From positions 113,336,001 through 113,400,000 of the forward strand of contig JANJGN010000011.1 of assembly GCA_026770705.1 (NCBI GenBank): a DNA stretch of 64,000 bases. The letters run 5' to 3'. Source of the DNA: Isurus oxyrinchus. Lineage: Eukaryota. The translations under genes were made by a program, and so were the position numbers. This document shows positions 12,317 to 25,779 of this stretch, one piece after another (positions within the stretch are counted from its first letter, which is position 1; every line of letters starts with the position of its first letter). The notes under the pieces are model-generated. The model was not told the origin of the DNA. It worked only from the letters and a program-made list of their open reading frames with translations, and did no database searches.

Positions 12317-15300
12317 TCTAATAGTTATAGTTTTGGAAAATGTAGGACCAGAGCTTTAAGAATAATCCTGTTGTAAGGTCACATGATCTGTGTAAACCAA
12401 TGAGTTAGCAGCTCGGGGAAGCAGTACTGGAGAGTTCTGGAGTTTGACACACATGTGTAGTTGCTGCTGCTGTCTTTTTAATAAAGTTAAATGTTTCCAC
12501 TAAGAAAAGTTGTCTGAAGCTCAACTCTGTAACAACCTGATGAATAATTCAGATTTGGTGCTGTATCTCAGCCAGCAATTGTGAGTATCTAAGTTAAAAA
12601 TAAGATAACTCATCCGAAATGGCACAGTTTGGCAGAAACAATCTCTTTGAACTAGCCACAGATGATTGGTCTCAATATATTGGTCTTGCATTCTTCTTTC
12701 AAGCAAACAAAATCATGGGGGAGGAAAAGAAGAGAGGGATTCTCCCGAGTAATTGTGGGAGCAAGACCTACAGTTAAATCAAAGCTTGACGGCCTCCAAT
12801 GCCAGAGATTTGAAGACTTTCAGTGAATTAGTAGACATCATTAAGGGGCATTTTCAACCCAAATCCTCAATCACAATGCAGAGGTTCAGGTTCAATTCAC
12901 GGAATAGAGCCTGAGGGGAGACAATTGTTACCTACATGGTGAAATTAAACCAACTAATGGAATATTGTGATTTTGGTGAAACCCTGAATGACACCTCAGA
13001 AATTGTTTGGTATGTGGCGTGCAGGAGGATGCTATTCAGTGAAGATTGCTGGCTGAAGTGAATCTTGATTTTAAGGAAGAATTAGAAATAGCACTGGTGA
13101 TGGAAAGCACTGTAAGGGATTCACAAGCAATTCAAGGGATGCAAAATGGCGCCATTCTCCTAGTTGGGCAGGAAGTGGTGCGAAAAGCCGGGACTCCGCT
13201 GCGAAGCAGGAAACAGCCACCGCTAACCAAAAAATGAGAGGAAACAGCTTGGCAACTAAGTCAAAAAATAACTTTCGTCGATGTGGAAAGTCAGCCTTCT
13301 CGTGATTGGCAATTTTAAAAAGTAGAATGTTATTTTTGTCACAGAAGTGGACACATAGCACATAGAGACATTGTAAAGCAAGATTTAAACAGGCCTCCAA
13401 ACAACAAACAAAGTCCAATGAAGTCTATAGTGTAGAAGAGCCAGAAACAACCAATTCTGACATTTATTCATTATTCAACACAAAAGTTGGGGTGACAGAG
13501 CCAATGTTTGTTACAGTGCAAGTGAATGGTAAACATTAAAAATGGAAGTAGGCACGGATGCTTCGACCACTGTAATAGGGGAACACACTTTCAGATATTT
13601 AAATAAAGGTGATCAACAATTAAATTTGGAACAAACATCTGTCTAGTTGAAAATGTATGCAGGCGAAGAAATCCAAAGTATCGCCAGAGCAACTGCTCAT
13701 TATAGACACCAATCGGCACAGCTACCAGTGATGGTAATAGAAGGTGAAGGACCAAGCCTTCTAGGGCATAATTGTTTGAAGGAGATTAAATTAAACTGGT
13801 CCAAAATCTTCCAGTTGCGAGCAGGTGGACTACCAAAGTTGCTAAAAAAAAAATGACACTGTCGTCAAGGATGACCTAGGAAAATTCCAAGGCCAAGATT
13901 TACATGGAGCCAGAAACAATCCCCTCGCTTCTTGAAAGCAAGACTGGTGCCATACACCCCGAGAGAAGGTTGCGCTGAGCTGAACTGGCTAGAGAGGCTG
14001 GGTATCATAAAGACGGTTCACTTCTCAGAGTGGGCAGCACCCATAGTCCTTAAACCACACCAGACCTTCTGGATCTGTGGGGACTATAAACTAACGGTAA
14101 ACAGAGCAGCCAAACTAGACAGGTACCATATTCCCAAGATTGAAGACCTATATGCCAAACTAGCAGGAGGGACAACATATTCAAAGCTTGACATGAGTCA
14201 AGTATATCAGCAACTGGAGCTTGATGATGCCTCCCGGGAATTCGTAACCATAAATACCCACAAAGGGCTATACCAATATACACCCTGCCCTTCGATGTTT
14301 CCTCAGCCTGTGCCATTTTTCAGAGGACAATGGAGAGCTTACTACTGGAACTGCCTCAGATTGTGGTCTGACTGGACGATGTACTGATAACTGGTTTCAC
14401 AGAAAAGAAACACTTGACTAAACTAGAGGAAGTCTTGAAATGATTTTTAGAAGCAGGAGCACATCTGAAGAAGGAAAAATGCATTTTTCAAGCAAATGAA
14501 GTCATTTATTTGGGCCACCGGGTAGATGCCCAAGGGTTACACTTGGTTGAACAGAAGGTTAAAATTGTAAGAGAGGCACCTGCACCCAAGAACACCTCTG
14601 AACTTAAATCATTTTTAGGGATGATAAATTAGTAAGGATGATTTCTATCAAATCTATCCACAGCTATTTTTCAACCAAAGACACGGGATGACCAGTCAGG
14701 ATGGTATTCTATTATGGGATGCACAGGTAGTTGTTCCAGCATAAGGGAACCACTTTTAGTAGAGCTACACAGTGTCCATCCAGGGATCTCCAGAACGAAG
14801 ACGAAAGCACGGAGTTACCTTTGGTGGCCAGGGATGGATGGCGATATTGAAAATGTGGTAAAACACTGTGTGCAGTGTCAACAGCTGCAAATGTTGCCAT
14901 GGCAGCCCCTTTACAGCCATGGGAGTGGCCTGGTAGACCCTGGGTGCGATTGCACATTGGTCCTTTCGTTGGAACCATGTTTCTGCTGATTATAGATGCT
15001 CATTCTAAGTGGTTAGATGTTTATGAGGTAAAGTCACCAACATAAGGTGCTACTATAGAAAAACTATGCCAGAGCTTCGCCATCCACGGATTGCCAGGGG
15101 TAATCATCTCAGATAATGGCACTGGATTTATGTGTGCCAAGTTCCAATGATTTATCAGCCTCAACGGTATCAACCACATGAAGACTGCACTGTACCGTCC
15201 GTCATCAAACAGACTAGCGGAAAGGGCAGTAGAAAATTTTAAGGTGGAAATGAAGAAGTTAATAGGTGATTCATTGGAGACCAAACTTGCTCATTTTCTA

Positions 15301-16026
15301 TTTCACTACCGAACAACCCCCAACACTATGTCGGGAGCACCTGCAGAATTACTGATGAAACGCTGTCTTCGGACAAGACTAAGCCTAATACTTCCCAATT
15401 TGGAGGGGAAAATAGAGAAAAGTCAAGGGAACCAAAAAGTAACTCATGATTTGCATAGTCATGAACAATTTGCTGTTGGGGAAGCAGTATATGTAAAGAA
15501 TTTTGGTGGAGGACTGAAGTGGTTACTTGGCAAAATGAGTTGTGACCGGACCATTGTCCTACCACATGGGCATGGAGGGCCAGATCACCCGTAAGCATGT
15601 GGATCATTTATGAAAAAGAGAGAGACCCCAACAAAATGGTGTTCTGCCTGTAACCATTACTAAACCAGTGATTCCTGTTGAAGTTGCTCAACCAAGGACA
15701 TACATGCCTGATGTCTCTGTTGGAGCGGAAGACACTGAACTACCTGTGCCTAATGAGGTGCCTGATATTATTGCAGTTCCAGAGAATGCATTTTCTACAA
15801 AAGAATCTGAAGTTGTGGAGCTATGTCGTTCCACACGGATCAGGAAATCACCTGAAAGACTGGAATAATTTCACGACCTGTGTAAATATTGTAATGTCAT
15901 GAGATAAATATTCTTGTAAATACAAAATGTGCAGAAAAGTTTGATACACGTGTAGTTGTCACTACTGTCTTGTAAATAAAGTTGAACGTTTTCACTAAAA
16001 GTTGTCTGAAGATCAATTCTATAACA
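12317..16026 (+). mobile_element. Decayed Ty3/Gypsy LTR retrotransposon (Mag/SURL-like, K02A2.6-like pol) with internal deletions
   Basis: Direct repeats about 12445-12534 and 15940-16026, both ending TRTAACA and containing AATAAA; CTAAC flanks at 12312-12316 and 16027-16031; gag start MAQFGRNN...DDWSQY at 12619; Cys/His knuckle about 13280-13370; RT SEWAAPIV, ICGDYKLTVN, YSKLD; integrase ELHSVHPG...WWPGMD...CVQCQ and IISDNG. Confidence 0.85.
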
Positions 16027-18229
16027 CTAACAGAAGACAAAAAAATGACATAATTCCAAACAAAAATCACTAAAATTACAAACAGTAGCCTTATGTTTAA
16101 AATAATTTTCCGTCAGACTCCTACCCCTTTTTGTGAAGATATGAGGCAACCAGACAATGAACACTCTGTAGCAACGGATAAAGCCACAGGCTTAAGTTCA
16201 TAAAGAACTTGGTCTGCATATGGAAACAGTAATGCAGTTGCAAATACAACAGTCTTTTTTAGAGAAGTTTGGACTGAAATACTGCATTCTGTATAAACCC
16301 AGGCAGTTAAAAAACAGGGACCGGTGCATACAAGGGAGAGTTTCAAATTTCTTTGCATAAGTGACTTGGAATTTTGGGTATGGGAGCTTGCATTTCTGTG
16401 TAACCATCTGTGGCTTCCTCACTGGTTATAAGGTCTATCTGATTCCCATCTCTAGAACTTTGTTCCTCCCTGCTGTAAGAAAGGAGACCTCCACGTGTTT
16501 GAGATCTGGCTGTCTTGTTTCTTAGAAAAGGGAATGTTTGGTATTGTGTTATTGGTGTATATTAATGCATCAAATAACTGTCAAAGCTTGTAGAAGTTAA
16601 TGTTCCACACTTAATCAGTTTCTTTATTAAATTATTTTTCAAAATACAAGTTATTAATGCTATTAACGTGGATAAGAATATCTGCTGACAATCAGCACAT
16701 GAATATATAGACACCAGCTGTGTACAAATCTAAAATTCTTCCAAGATAATTTAATTTTACCATTGCCATAAATGCTGAAAATATACATCTTAATGTTTAA
16801 TTACAGTTTAGCTTTGAAGCAAAAACAGGGATCCTCCATTACTTTTCTTAAAAAAATTCTATTTTCCCATTGACTTATTTGTATGATCACTGATGGAAAT
16901 GAGTTAACTCATTGTTAGGAGAAATTAATCTTCTAAGCCATAGAATAAAATAATTTTAACATCTAAAATTTTAATAACATGCAAACAGTATGTGAAAATC
17001 AGACAAATTTTACTCAAAACATGTGGTACATTTCCTTACTTCAACCATTAACTGGCTCTGACTTGTCATAATTTGAACTGTGTGATCTGCTCCATCATGG
17101 ATCACTTTCAATTTATTTTTCTGTACAACACAGTAAGGAACATGGTGTACTTAAAAAATGAAGGTCAATGTATGAATAAAAATAAAGTATTTGGCACAAA
17201 AAACACATACATATTACAATAAAATTTAGCTTTGAAGCAAAATCAAGGAAGCTTTGCTCGAAGTGCTACTATTTATTAGGTTTAGCAATTCCCCTGCAGT
17301 ATTTAATAATTCAAAGGCTCCGATGGTACATAACTGTGTAAATAAATAAATTCATGGTCTACGAAGAACTGGCTCATTTAGACAGTTCTAGACATGTTGA
17401 AAGCAGTCTGAAACCAGCACCCACACTATAATAGTTAATATCTCAGCAGCTCACTTTCAGAGATCATAAAAAGTGATTCTCTTAAAATGCTTGAGAACTC
17501 CCTCTAAACAGTTAGGAAGGATTCTTCTTTATGGATTCTATGCTAAAATGACTTTGCAAAAGAATAAGGCAGTTTTATGTAAAACCACATTTCCCCCTCC
17601 ACTGTCTCACTGTTTGGTCTCTGGTGTAATTTATTTTTCTTCCCTCAGTCTGATCAGTCATGGAATGCCATACCTTTTTGTTTGGCCCTATTCTCTTTAG
17701 GTAACAAGTAAATTCATCTCTTTTGTAGTCTCAGTCCAGAATGTTGTTTAAAGCCTGTGGTTTGATTTGCTTGATAACAGAGTATAGTGCATAGTTGTTA
17801 TAAGTTTGAGGTATACATCACCAGCTTAAACCAATCTTCTTGCTTCATTAAGTGTCACTTCCAATACACAAGACAGTTATGATTTGTAATTCGACACAAA
17901 ATACCAGTCGAAACAGTCACATGAAATATAGCCAAACAGTGAATATTTCCTTTTGCTACTGACAAGCTAAACAATAATGACAGGTTTAGATTATTTAATG
18001 CAGGTTATGGTGGCAAGATGGTTTCTTTATCTGATTTGTGACCTAAGTCTTATTACATGTTATCTGTAAAGGATGTCAATTTAAAAAGGAGAACATTAGT
18101 TCCACAATTATTAAATACAATGTTTTGATATTACAATCACTTCTAGTGCTGATCCTTCCTGTTTCAATATTATTTTTAAAGCCTTGGTTTAAAGTTAGAA
18201 AATTAAGCATTGTTGATGATAACTACAAA

Positions 18230-18445
18230 GTATAAAAAATGCTGGAAAAACTCAGGTCAGCCAGCATCTATGGAGAAAAACAGTTAATGTTTCAGATCAA
18301 GTGACCTTTCATCTGAACTCCTGATGAAAGGTCACTTGACCTGAAACATTTACTGTGTTTCTCTCCACAGATGCTGCATGATCTGCTGAGTTTTTCCAGC
18401 AATTTGTTCTATTTTATTTCAGATTTCCAGCATTCGCAATATTGT
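18230..18445. mobile_element. Fold-back pair of PLE terminal repeats with hammerhead motifs
   Basis: Inverted arms about 18239-18315 and 18320-18403; CTGATGA at 18321-18327, stem AGGTC/GACCT, then GAAACATT. Confidence 0.8.
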
Positions 18446-18783
18446 GCACTGATGTTAAAATTATTGTTCTATTTTGCCCACATCAAGAAACTCATCCTTT
18501 TTAGAGGGTAAACTGAAAAGTTAAACTCAAAAAGGAAACTGTATAATCAATCACCATCTGGAATACTGCTTCTGGATCATGTATTGCTTTGTGTCCAGGC
18601 AGAAAAATAAATAAAAACAAAACAAGATTGTAATTTCTTTGTGAAGGATTGCACAGCTTCAGACACATTTTGATCTTCAATTGAAGTGTTTTGCAGGGTG
18701 TGGAATCGAACAAGTTTACTTATAAACTCTACATTGCCCACGTTAAGAATTGCCCAAGTCTTACTCATATTTCATTGATTCTT

Positions 18784-21522
18784 CTACAGCAGATAATGTT
18801 TTTCATCTTGCAGACTGCCTGCTTTTACTGAATCAGTTATCCATGATTCCAACACAATTTTAAATTTCCTTTTAAATGTCGTCCTTTGCAATTTTAGTTC
18901 TGAGAGACGTTGTACATCATTACCAATGACAACATGTGAGACACCTTCTTTCAAGTTTGTGACACATTTTGCCCCATGAAACCGCAACTCTAAAATCCTC
19001 AAATCTAAACTTGTGCCATGTATCTGCGTACTAGAGTCACCAATTCTAGTGTAGAAATCTATATAAACGATGCAGTGTCTGAACATACTTAGAGAGGATA
19101 TGTCCCATAAGTATCGCTGTTCTAGGTCAGCAATAGTTTTAAAGGGTAAATTTTGTTCTGGTTTACTCATTCTTTTGAATACCTCCTGGAGATGACTTTT
19201 ATCAGTATCAGCATAATAGTTGTCTCCATAGCAATCATATTCCTGGGCAAAATGTTTTTCTGTAGAAGGTGACATATGAATCATATACTGAGGTTGCCAT
19301 GGTATAAAATGTTTCTTTTGTAAACACTCCAGCAACCAGTCAGCTTTCACCACATCATGTTCATTAGCAGCAACAAGATTTTTGACACGGACATTAACTG
19401 TGCCAACAATAACACAATATGTGTCCGGCCCTGGGTTCTGTACAACCAACCCTCCACATTTAGCTATTCCCTTCTCCAACTCAGCTTTGGGGTGATCGTG
19501 AAGACCATTCAAGACACAAAATTCAACATCTTCAAAAATATTAGAAACTTTGTCAACACTCGATAGATCTTGGGCCTTAAATTGTTCTGCAATGCCAATT
19601 AGCTTTTTGGCCTTTGTAGGAATCTTACGTTTTTTCTTATCTGGTTCCTCATCACTTAGGTCAACATGTTTGGATGCAAGTTTCCCAGATGCTTTATTGT
19701 ACAGTTGATCCAAATCGTGCAATGTCATACAGTCGTACCAATCCTTATCATCTCTGATCTTTTCAATTCGTGGAAAACGCAAAGTGCAACCTGTTTTATA
19801 CATATCACTGCTCACAATTTCAGCTGCCTTGACTTGAAGAATAACAGAATTACACGGTTCGATATAGACCTCTGGTTTTTCAGTGCCACATAGAATGTTT
19901 GGTGGAGGATCTCTTTTGCAGTAAGGTTTCCAGTGATTAGCCAGTTTCAGTCCAAGTTCATACAGCTCCTTCATTGTGTATCCAGAACCTACACGGCAAA
20001 GTGAGTGGAAGACTGATGGTTTCTCAGCAGGTGAAGCAGGCTCTGCAACAGCACATAAGAAATGAGATACCATTCCACCACGATGGCCTTTACCAAAGTA
20101 ACCACCAACAATTAAGATGTCAAGCTCATCCATCAAACCGTCAACATATTCTGGCTTAATTTTCAACCAGCCTTCGCCACGTTTGTCTGGTTTATAAACA
20201 GACAAAGGATCCTTCACCATAATTCCTTCTTCCCTTTGATCTATAGCTACATTTAGGGCATCGGCCACATCCTTTTTTGTTTTTATTTCCATTTTTTCCA
20301 CAATCTGGATGCGTCCTGGCACTGATGTGAAGAGAGTTTGAAGGGTTTCATGTCTTTTCCTGAGGGTTTCATTTGCCAGCTTCTGGTTGTTAACCATTAG
20401 CACATCAAAGACACAGAAACAGGTTTGCAATTCTGAATCATCCACCATTCTTTTGATGTCAAACTTGTTTCCCTTCTGCATAAAGGCTTGGGTGATTGGG
20501 TTATAGGCCATCATCTCTCCATCCAGAATGCAGTTCTGCAAAGTGCTCTTGAAGGCATTGTGAATGAATGGTGTGAGAGACCCTTGCAATGAAGCACCGC
20601 CAAACTGCTGGCTATAATCATATCCATTACGAGAAAAATACTTGTAAACATCTCCATCCTTGTGAAGCTGGATACGCTCTCCATCCAGTTTAGTTTCTAA
20701 GTAGAAACTCTGGTTGTGCATTAACTTTTCAATGTGTTTTATATTGGCAATTGCAGCAAGCATAGGCTTAAAAGGAGAAAACATCGTGATGGAGACATCA
20801 CTGAGGGACACAGTGGGATCATGAAGTTGTCTGCAAACTTTCTCTAGGTCTGTCGTTACGCTGTGAAGTTCTGATGCATCTGCATGGAATAACTGAAATA
20901 TAGTTTGTTGACTAATGCCTAATTTCATGTCTTTCAAGATCATACGAATAAGCCACTTTTGTTCCAATGCTGAAGTCTGACATATTAATTGCAATAGGCT
21001 CTTCTTGATCAAATCTTTCCTCTTGGCAGCATTATTAAGTGCAATAGAGTCCAAGTGTTCATTTACGCCTTGAACAGTTAGTGTGCCTTTATTTGGACAC
21101 CTCTGTTTCAGAACAAAATATGCAATCACAGCAAAGTCACCTGCCTCTCTCTGTGAGTTGGTTGGAGCTCTGTAGTTCAGGAGTTTAAGAGCATCTTTTC
21201 CATCTTTCGGCAAACCAAGAACTTCAATGTAAAGCTTTGCAAGCATTGTCTCTTTTATTCCATATGCCATTCTCTCCCTCTCAAGCTGAGGAAGGATCAG
21301 ACGCAATGCTGGGTAGAAGGAGTCAGTGGTGTTTAAATCATTCTTGTGAAGGGTGTTATGGAAATTTCTCCATGAATCCAGGAAGTCTTTGAAATATTTA
21401 TTTTTATCAGGCCTGGACTTAGTCTTCTGTATTTTTTCCAATGTTAAACACAGGTCACAAAAAGGGACTTTAGTGGCCACAGTCTTTATCAATGAACTAT
21501 CTGATACAGATGTTGCAGACAT
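18784..21522 (-). CDS. LIG4: DNA ligase 4 (NHEJ / V(D)J ligase), 912 aa, single coding exon
   Basis: Intact ORF from first ATG (MSATSV...); ligase motifs [34 protein letters not shown]; two BRCT domains with XRCC4-binding linker [12 protein letters not shown]; splice acceptor TTTTCAATTGGCAG puts the exon start at 21552. Confidence 0.98.
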   Translation of the reverse strand: MSATSVSDSSLIKTVATKVPFCDLCLTLEKIQKTKSRPDKNKYFKDFLDSWRNFHNTLHKNDLNTTDSFYPALRLILPQLERERMAYGIKETMLAKLYIEVLGLPKDGKDALKLLNYRAPTNSQREAGDFAVIAYFVLKQRCPNKGTLTVQGVNEHLDSIALNNAAKRKDLIKKSLLQLICQTSALEQKWLIRMILKDMKLGISQQTIFQLFHADASELHSVTTDLEKVCRQLHDPTVSLSDVSITMFSPFKPMLAAIANIKHIEKLMHNQSFYLETKLDGERIQLHKDGDVYKYFSRNGYDYSQQFGGASLQGSLTPFIHNAFKSTLQNCILDGEMMAYNPITQAFMQKGNKFDIKRMVDDSELQTCFCVFDVLMVNNQKLANETLRKRHETLQTLFTSVPGRIQIVEKMEIKTKKDVADALNVAIDQREEGIMVKDPLSVYKPDKRGEGWLKIKPEYVDGLMDELDILIVGGYFGKGHRGGMVSHFLCAVAEPASPAEKPSVFHSLCRVGSGYTMKELYELGLKLANHWKPYCKRDPPPNILCGTEKPEVYIEPCNSVILQVKAAEIVSSDMYKTGCTLRFPRIEKIRDDKDWYDCMTLHDLDQLYNKASGKLASKHVDLSDEEPDKKKRKIPTKAKKLIGIAEQFKAQDLSSVDKVSNIFEDVEFCVLNGLHDHPKAELEKGIAKCGGLVVQNPGPDTYCVIVGTVNVRVKNLVAANEHDVVKADWLLECLQKKHFIPWQPQYMIHMSPSTEKHFAQEYDCYGDNYYADTDKSHLQEVFKRMSKPEQNLPFKTIADLEQRYLWDISSLSMFRHCIVYIDFYTRIGDSSTQIHGTSLDLRILELRFHGAKCVTNLKEGVSHVVIGNDVQRLSELKLQRTTFKRKFKIVLESWITDSVKAGSLQDEKHYLL

Positions 21523-22829
21523 GATGAATCCGTAATAGTGCAAAGATGCAATCTGCCAATTGAAAAGACAAGGGATTGAAAATGCTAGTCTTTGAAGTCA
21601 GAGTGAATACGGACAAAAAAAATCTAATTTACCCAGTCAGGTTTTAAATGTAAATGTATTTTATACATATAACATTTCTTATATGTGTCATGGACTCTAT
21701 TTGGGCATCATGGTTTTCTTGGCTCTCAGTGACATTGGAATAGGATTTTCCCTATTATAAAATTCCCTGTCACACATTCTTGCCTGCAGCTGTACTAACA
21801 GCTACAGATTCCAATAGCATCACTAAAGCACTTAAGGGAAATTTTCTTTATGCTAATTTGCTTTAAGCAATACTCGAAACGAAATACAAGACAGAAATGT
21901 TTGTATAATATATAGATATTGGCCATTAGAACACAGAGCTGGTGAAGAATCGGTGCCATGGTGTTTTGCTATTTCCAGGATTGGTGAACCAACTGTACGT
22001 TATCATCAATTTTGTTTTTGTTTTATAGTTTTGCTGCATTTTTATAGTTTCTTTCCTTTCTTTTTTCTATTTCTATGTTCTTAACTTTTTGTCCTTTCTT
22101 AATGGCTCGTGGAGCAGGCTCAAGGGGCCGAATGGCCTACTTCTGCCCCATTTCGTATGTTTTTTGTTTTTTCTTCGTCACAGTAAATTTTATATCTACA
22201 ACAATTTTCTTTTAGTTTGCAACATAAAACACATTAACTCCCTCTTCTGCGACCTGACTGTCTGTGTATTGTCTCTCCTCTCAGACATTTTCCCGCCTGC
22301 TTTATTTCTAATTGTTTCATTCAACATACTGTTATATTGCTTTAGCAGGTCACAAAAGAAACACACTGGGCCAGGAAAAGGCCAACTGGTCTGTTCCATG
22401 CTGTTGTAATGACTTGTGTAATACATACACTCTTTATCCACCCAGGGCCATATAATCACCTCGGAGAGGCTAAAAACCAGATAAATGCCCAGGACTATTT
22501 GGACATCAATGAAATCTTAAGTTAAAAAGCTGATATTCTATAGAAAGGCAACAACAAACCACTGTGGTAGTTTTCCAAGTTTCATCGTGGACCAATGCAA
22601 TGGAAGTCCAACGGTCACCAACAGCCTCTTAGAGGAATGGTACCTGAAGGAGGAGAATACCGTATAGGAAAAACAGAAATGAACTATCTGACACAAAACT
22701 GTCAAACATTAGAAGCATGTGATTGCAGTAAACTTTAAAAATCTGCAAAAAATTACATTCTGTCATGCATGCGTATCAGATTTTGGATGAGACAAGTAGA
22801 TGCAATACATGTTTGCTATTGCAAATAAA

Positions 22830-23015
22830 CATACAAATTAGGAGCAGGAGTTGGTCACTCGGTCCCTCAAGCCTGCTGCACCATTCAATAAGATCATGGC
22901 TGATCTGATTGTAACCTCCCGCCTATCCCTGATAACCTTTCACCCTCTAGCTTATCAAGAATCTATCTACCTCTGCCTTAAAAATAGTCAAAGACTCTGC
23001 TTCCACTGCCTTTTT
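22830..23015 (-). mobile_element. CR1 family A 3' UTR fragment in the LIG4 intron
   Basis: TAGGAGCAGGAGTTGGTCACTCGGTCCCTCAAGCCTGCT...GAATCTATCT matches 7170-7330. Confidence 0.75.
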
Positions 23016-23929
23016 AGTTAATCTAATCATATTGACTGTTTTGTAAGACCATAAACTGCAACAGCAGGCTTTATACCACATTGGTGTAAAGTACTTTAAA
23101 AAATATTTGAAATTTGTCGTCTGAAGTCAAATTCGCCTCAGCCGAGCTATTAAAATCAGAAACTATACTTCATTTTAAAGAACCAATACCATGAGTCACA
23201 AAACACATGCTTATTTTTAACTCATAAAAAGCAGCAACAATTATTGCTCTTCAATTCATATTTAGTTAACCACTGCTAGTTTACACCATGTGGAGGGGTC
23301 AACTATATATAATAAAATCTTTGTGCTTTTTAAGTGGCGCACTTGTAGGAATGAATGGGAAAGAGTATCAGTTTTTCTTCCAATTCACTTGTTCCATGAG
23401 CTCCTTGCCTCTGAACACAACCCCAATAATCAATCACTCTCTGTATCTATTCAGAATACACTAGAGATAGAAAAAAACTTGTCCATTCTTTCACCACTTG
23501 TCAGGTCTGTTTCTCAGCTGTTTGGCTCTCATGGTACATTGCCAGCTGTACTGGCTCTCAAGTATAGTATATGGGATTTAGCTTTTAACGTTACCTCAGG
23601 AAAACTTGAAAAGCTAATGCCTTCTGCTGTTGAGGTTTCATATAGAAAAAAAATCTGATCTGTCCTAAAAATTGGCCCCCTTGGGAAGATTTTCCATTGG
23701 AGTGGATGGGACATACAAACATCAAGTTCTGGCATACTATAAATGCCCAGTCTTTCTTGTCAATCATAAAAAAGTTATAAGTACAGCCAAGTACATACTA
23801 GGTATTGCAACCTCGAGGTTGAATCCTTTCCGTCAGAAGTGGTGGATTTGGGGACTGCATGATGCAAGATCACAAGGGTGCATTTACACAACTGACCTGC
23901 TGAACATTTCCAGAAATGTTTTTATTTCA

Positions 23930-24320
23930 GGATGGTGTGTGACTTGGAGGAGAATTTGCAAGTGGTGATGTTCTCATGCATTTGCTGCCCTTATCCTTCT
24001 AGCTGATAGGGTTGGCAGGTTTAGAAGGTGCTATTGGAGGAGGCTTGGCGAGTTGCTGCAGTCCTAGTTATAGCTAGTACACTACTGCACTGTGCACCGA
24101 TGGTGGAGGGAATTGGTGTTTAAGGTGAACATGCTAGCTGTTTTGTCCTGGTTGATGTCAAGCTTCAACCAGGCAAGTGGAGGATATTACATCATATACC
24201 CCTGCCTTGTGCCTTGTAGATAGTGGACATGCTTTGGGGAGACAGGAGGTGAATTACTCACAGCAGAATTCCCAAACTCTGAGCTGCTCTTGTAGCCACA
24301 GTATTTAGCAGTTGGTCCAA
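23930..24320 (-). mobile_element. CR1 family B fragment
   Basis: Co-linear with 50890-51310. Confidence 0.7.
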
Positions 24321-24324
24321 CAGA

Positions 24325-24970
24325 TCAACAGTTGGAGTGATGCAAGGATATAATCTGTTGCCTGATATATTTAATGTATAATTGGAAACAATAATGAATC
24401 TTGCACTAGATGATGATATTGGAGTTTCCATATATGCAAGACTTCTAAAAATCTCAGAATTGTTGATGATTTTGATGTTATAGCAACATCTAAAACCAGC
24501 ATAAAAACAGAAAATGCTAGAAGAACTCAGCAGGTCTGGCAGCATCTGTGGAGAGAGAAGAGTTAACGTTTCACTTTTGTATGATTCTTCTTGGGTGTTT
24601 TTTCCAGTATTTTCTGTTTTTGTTTCAGCTTTCCAGCATCCACAATGTTCTGTTTTTATCTAAAAGCTGCATGCAGTGATTAACGGATGTGTAGAGGGAC
24701 AGTAAAAAGTTTGGATTACCGATTAATACAAAGATGACAAAATTTTTGTCATTTGGGAAGTTGGATGGGTGTGAACACTTGGTCGATTAGTGTCAATAAG
24801 TGGGTCTTGTGAAGGAAATGTCAAAACAAGGATTGGACTTGCTTCTGTTGCCTTTGGGAGATTAAACTGGATTATAGAAGGCTCACAATACCTTAGTGAA
24901 AATGAGGGCAAAAGCTTATAGAGGCATGCTTCTCCCCACATTCTTATATGGATCTAAGCACTGGAATGTG
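24325..24970 (+). mobile_element. Old RTE-like LINE RT fragment, interrupted at 24503-24657
   Basis: Translates VGVMQGYNLLPDIFN (cf. GVRQGCILSPxLFN), NLRIVDD (cf. NLRFADD), VKTRIGLASVAFGRL and ILIW/LLYG-like remnants. Confidence 0.55.
24503..24657. mobile_element. Fold-back PLE terminal-repeat mini-element with 15-bp imperfect TSD
   Basis: ATCTAAAACCAGCAT (24488-24502) vs ATCTAAAAGCTGCAT (24658-24672); inverted arm with GTTAACGTTTC followed by the forward tail. Confidence 0.75.
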
Positions 24971-25105
24971 TGACAAAATGGCAAATACAAGTTACTCACA
25001 GCAATAATAGGATGGGACTATCCAGGAAGCAAAGACAAGAAACCACATGTATACTCAAGATCTAAAAGTGCGTCTGCCGCGCCATGGGCACAGTTCAAAA
25101 ATGGA

Positions 25106-25320
25106 CATCTATCCAGCTCTACCTGTCCATCCCCCCCCCCACCCCAAACCAGCTTATATTTCACCTCTTTTCTATTTTTCCTTAGTTCCAATGAAGAGTC
25201 ATTCAGACTAGAAACGTTAAGTGTGTTCCTCTCCGCAGATGCTGTCAGACCTGCTGAGTTTTTCCAGGTATTTTTGTTTTTGCTCTGGATTTCCAGCAGC
25301 TGCAGTATTTTGCTTTTATC
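25106..25320 (+). mobile_element. PLE terminal repeat with decayed hammerhead core
   Basis: CCAATGA-AGAGTC-ATTCA-GACTA-GAAACGTTAA at about 25188-25220; flanks TCAAAAATGGA / TCAAGAATGGA. A second partial copy lies at about 25550-25623. Confidence 0.75.
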
Positions 25321-25779
25321 AAGAATGGAAGGGACTGACTCTCATCAGCTCTGCATAAATATATATGGAACAAGAAGCTGAGCAAAACCGAGGAAGTGCC
25401 AGGATTGTCAAAAGTGACTTGTCACAGAAAAGGACAGGGATGCCTGAAACGTCCAGGCTTGTTCAGAACTACCAGCAGTCGAGTGGGCTCGCTGGGGCCT
25501 ATTGTGACAAGCAGTAATGGAGCAGTTAATGAAACTACATGGGCAGATCCTCGAAACGTTAACTGTATCCCTCGCCGCAGATGCTGTCAGACCTGCTGAG
25601 TTTTTCCAGGTATTTTTGTTTTTAGGCAGATCCTTCATTAGGAAGGGGACCATTGCCTTCTCGACTAAGTGCCAGTGGCTGCAGGTTATAAACAAATCTT
25701 TGGAAATAACCGACCATCGACATCACCAATAACATCTCTCCTGGTGCTGACACCATTGAACCCGGGGGAGGGGAGCAGT

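Noticed and set aside
19357-21535. Short antisense ORFs over LIG4, and the many 60-150 aa ORFs elsewhere
   Set aside because: Shadow frames of real genes, TE fragments or chance ORFs without homology or splice support.
21523-21543. TTG-initiated N-terminal extension of LIG4 in the ORF track
   Set aside because: Artefact of bacterial start-codon rules; the first ATG at 21522 gives a length matching known LIG4.
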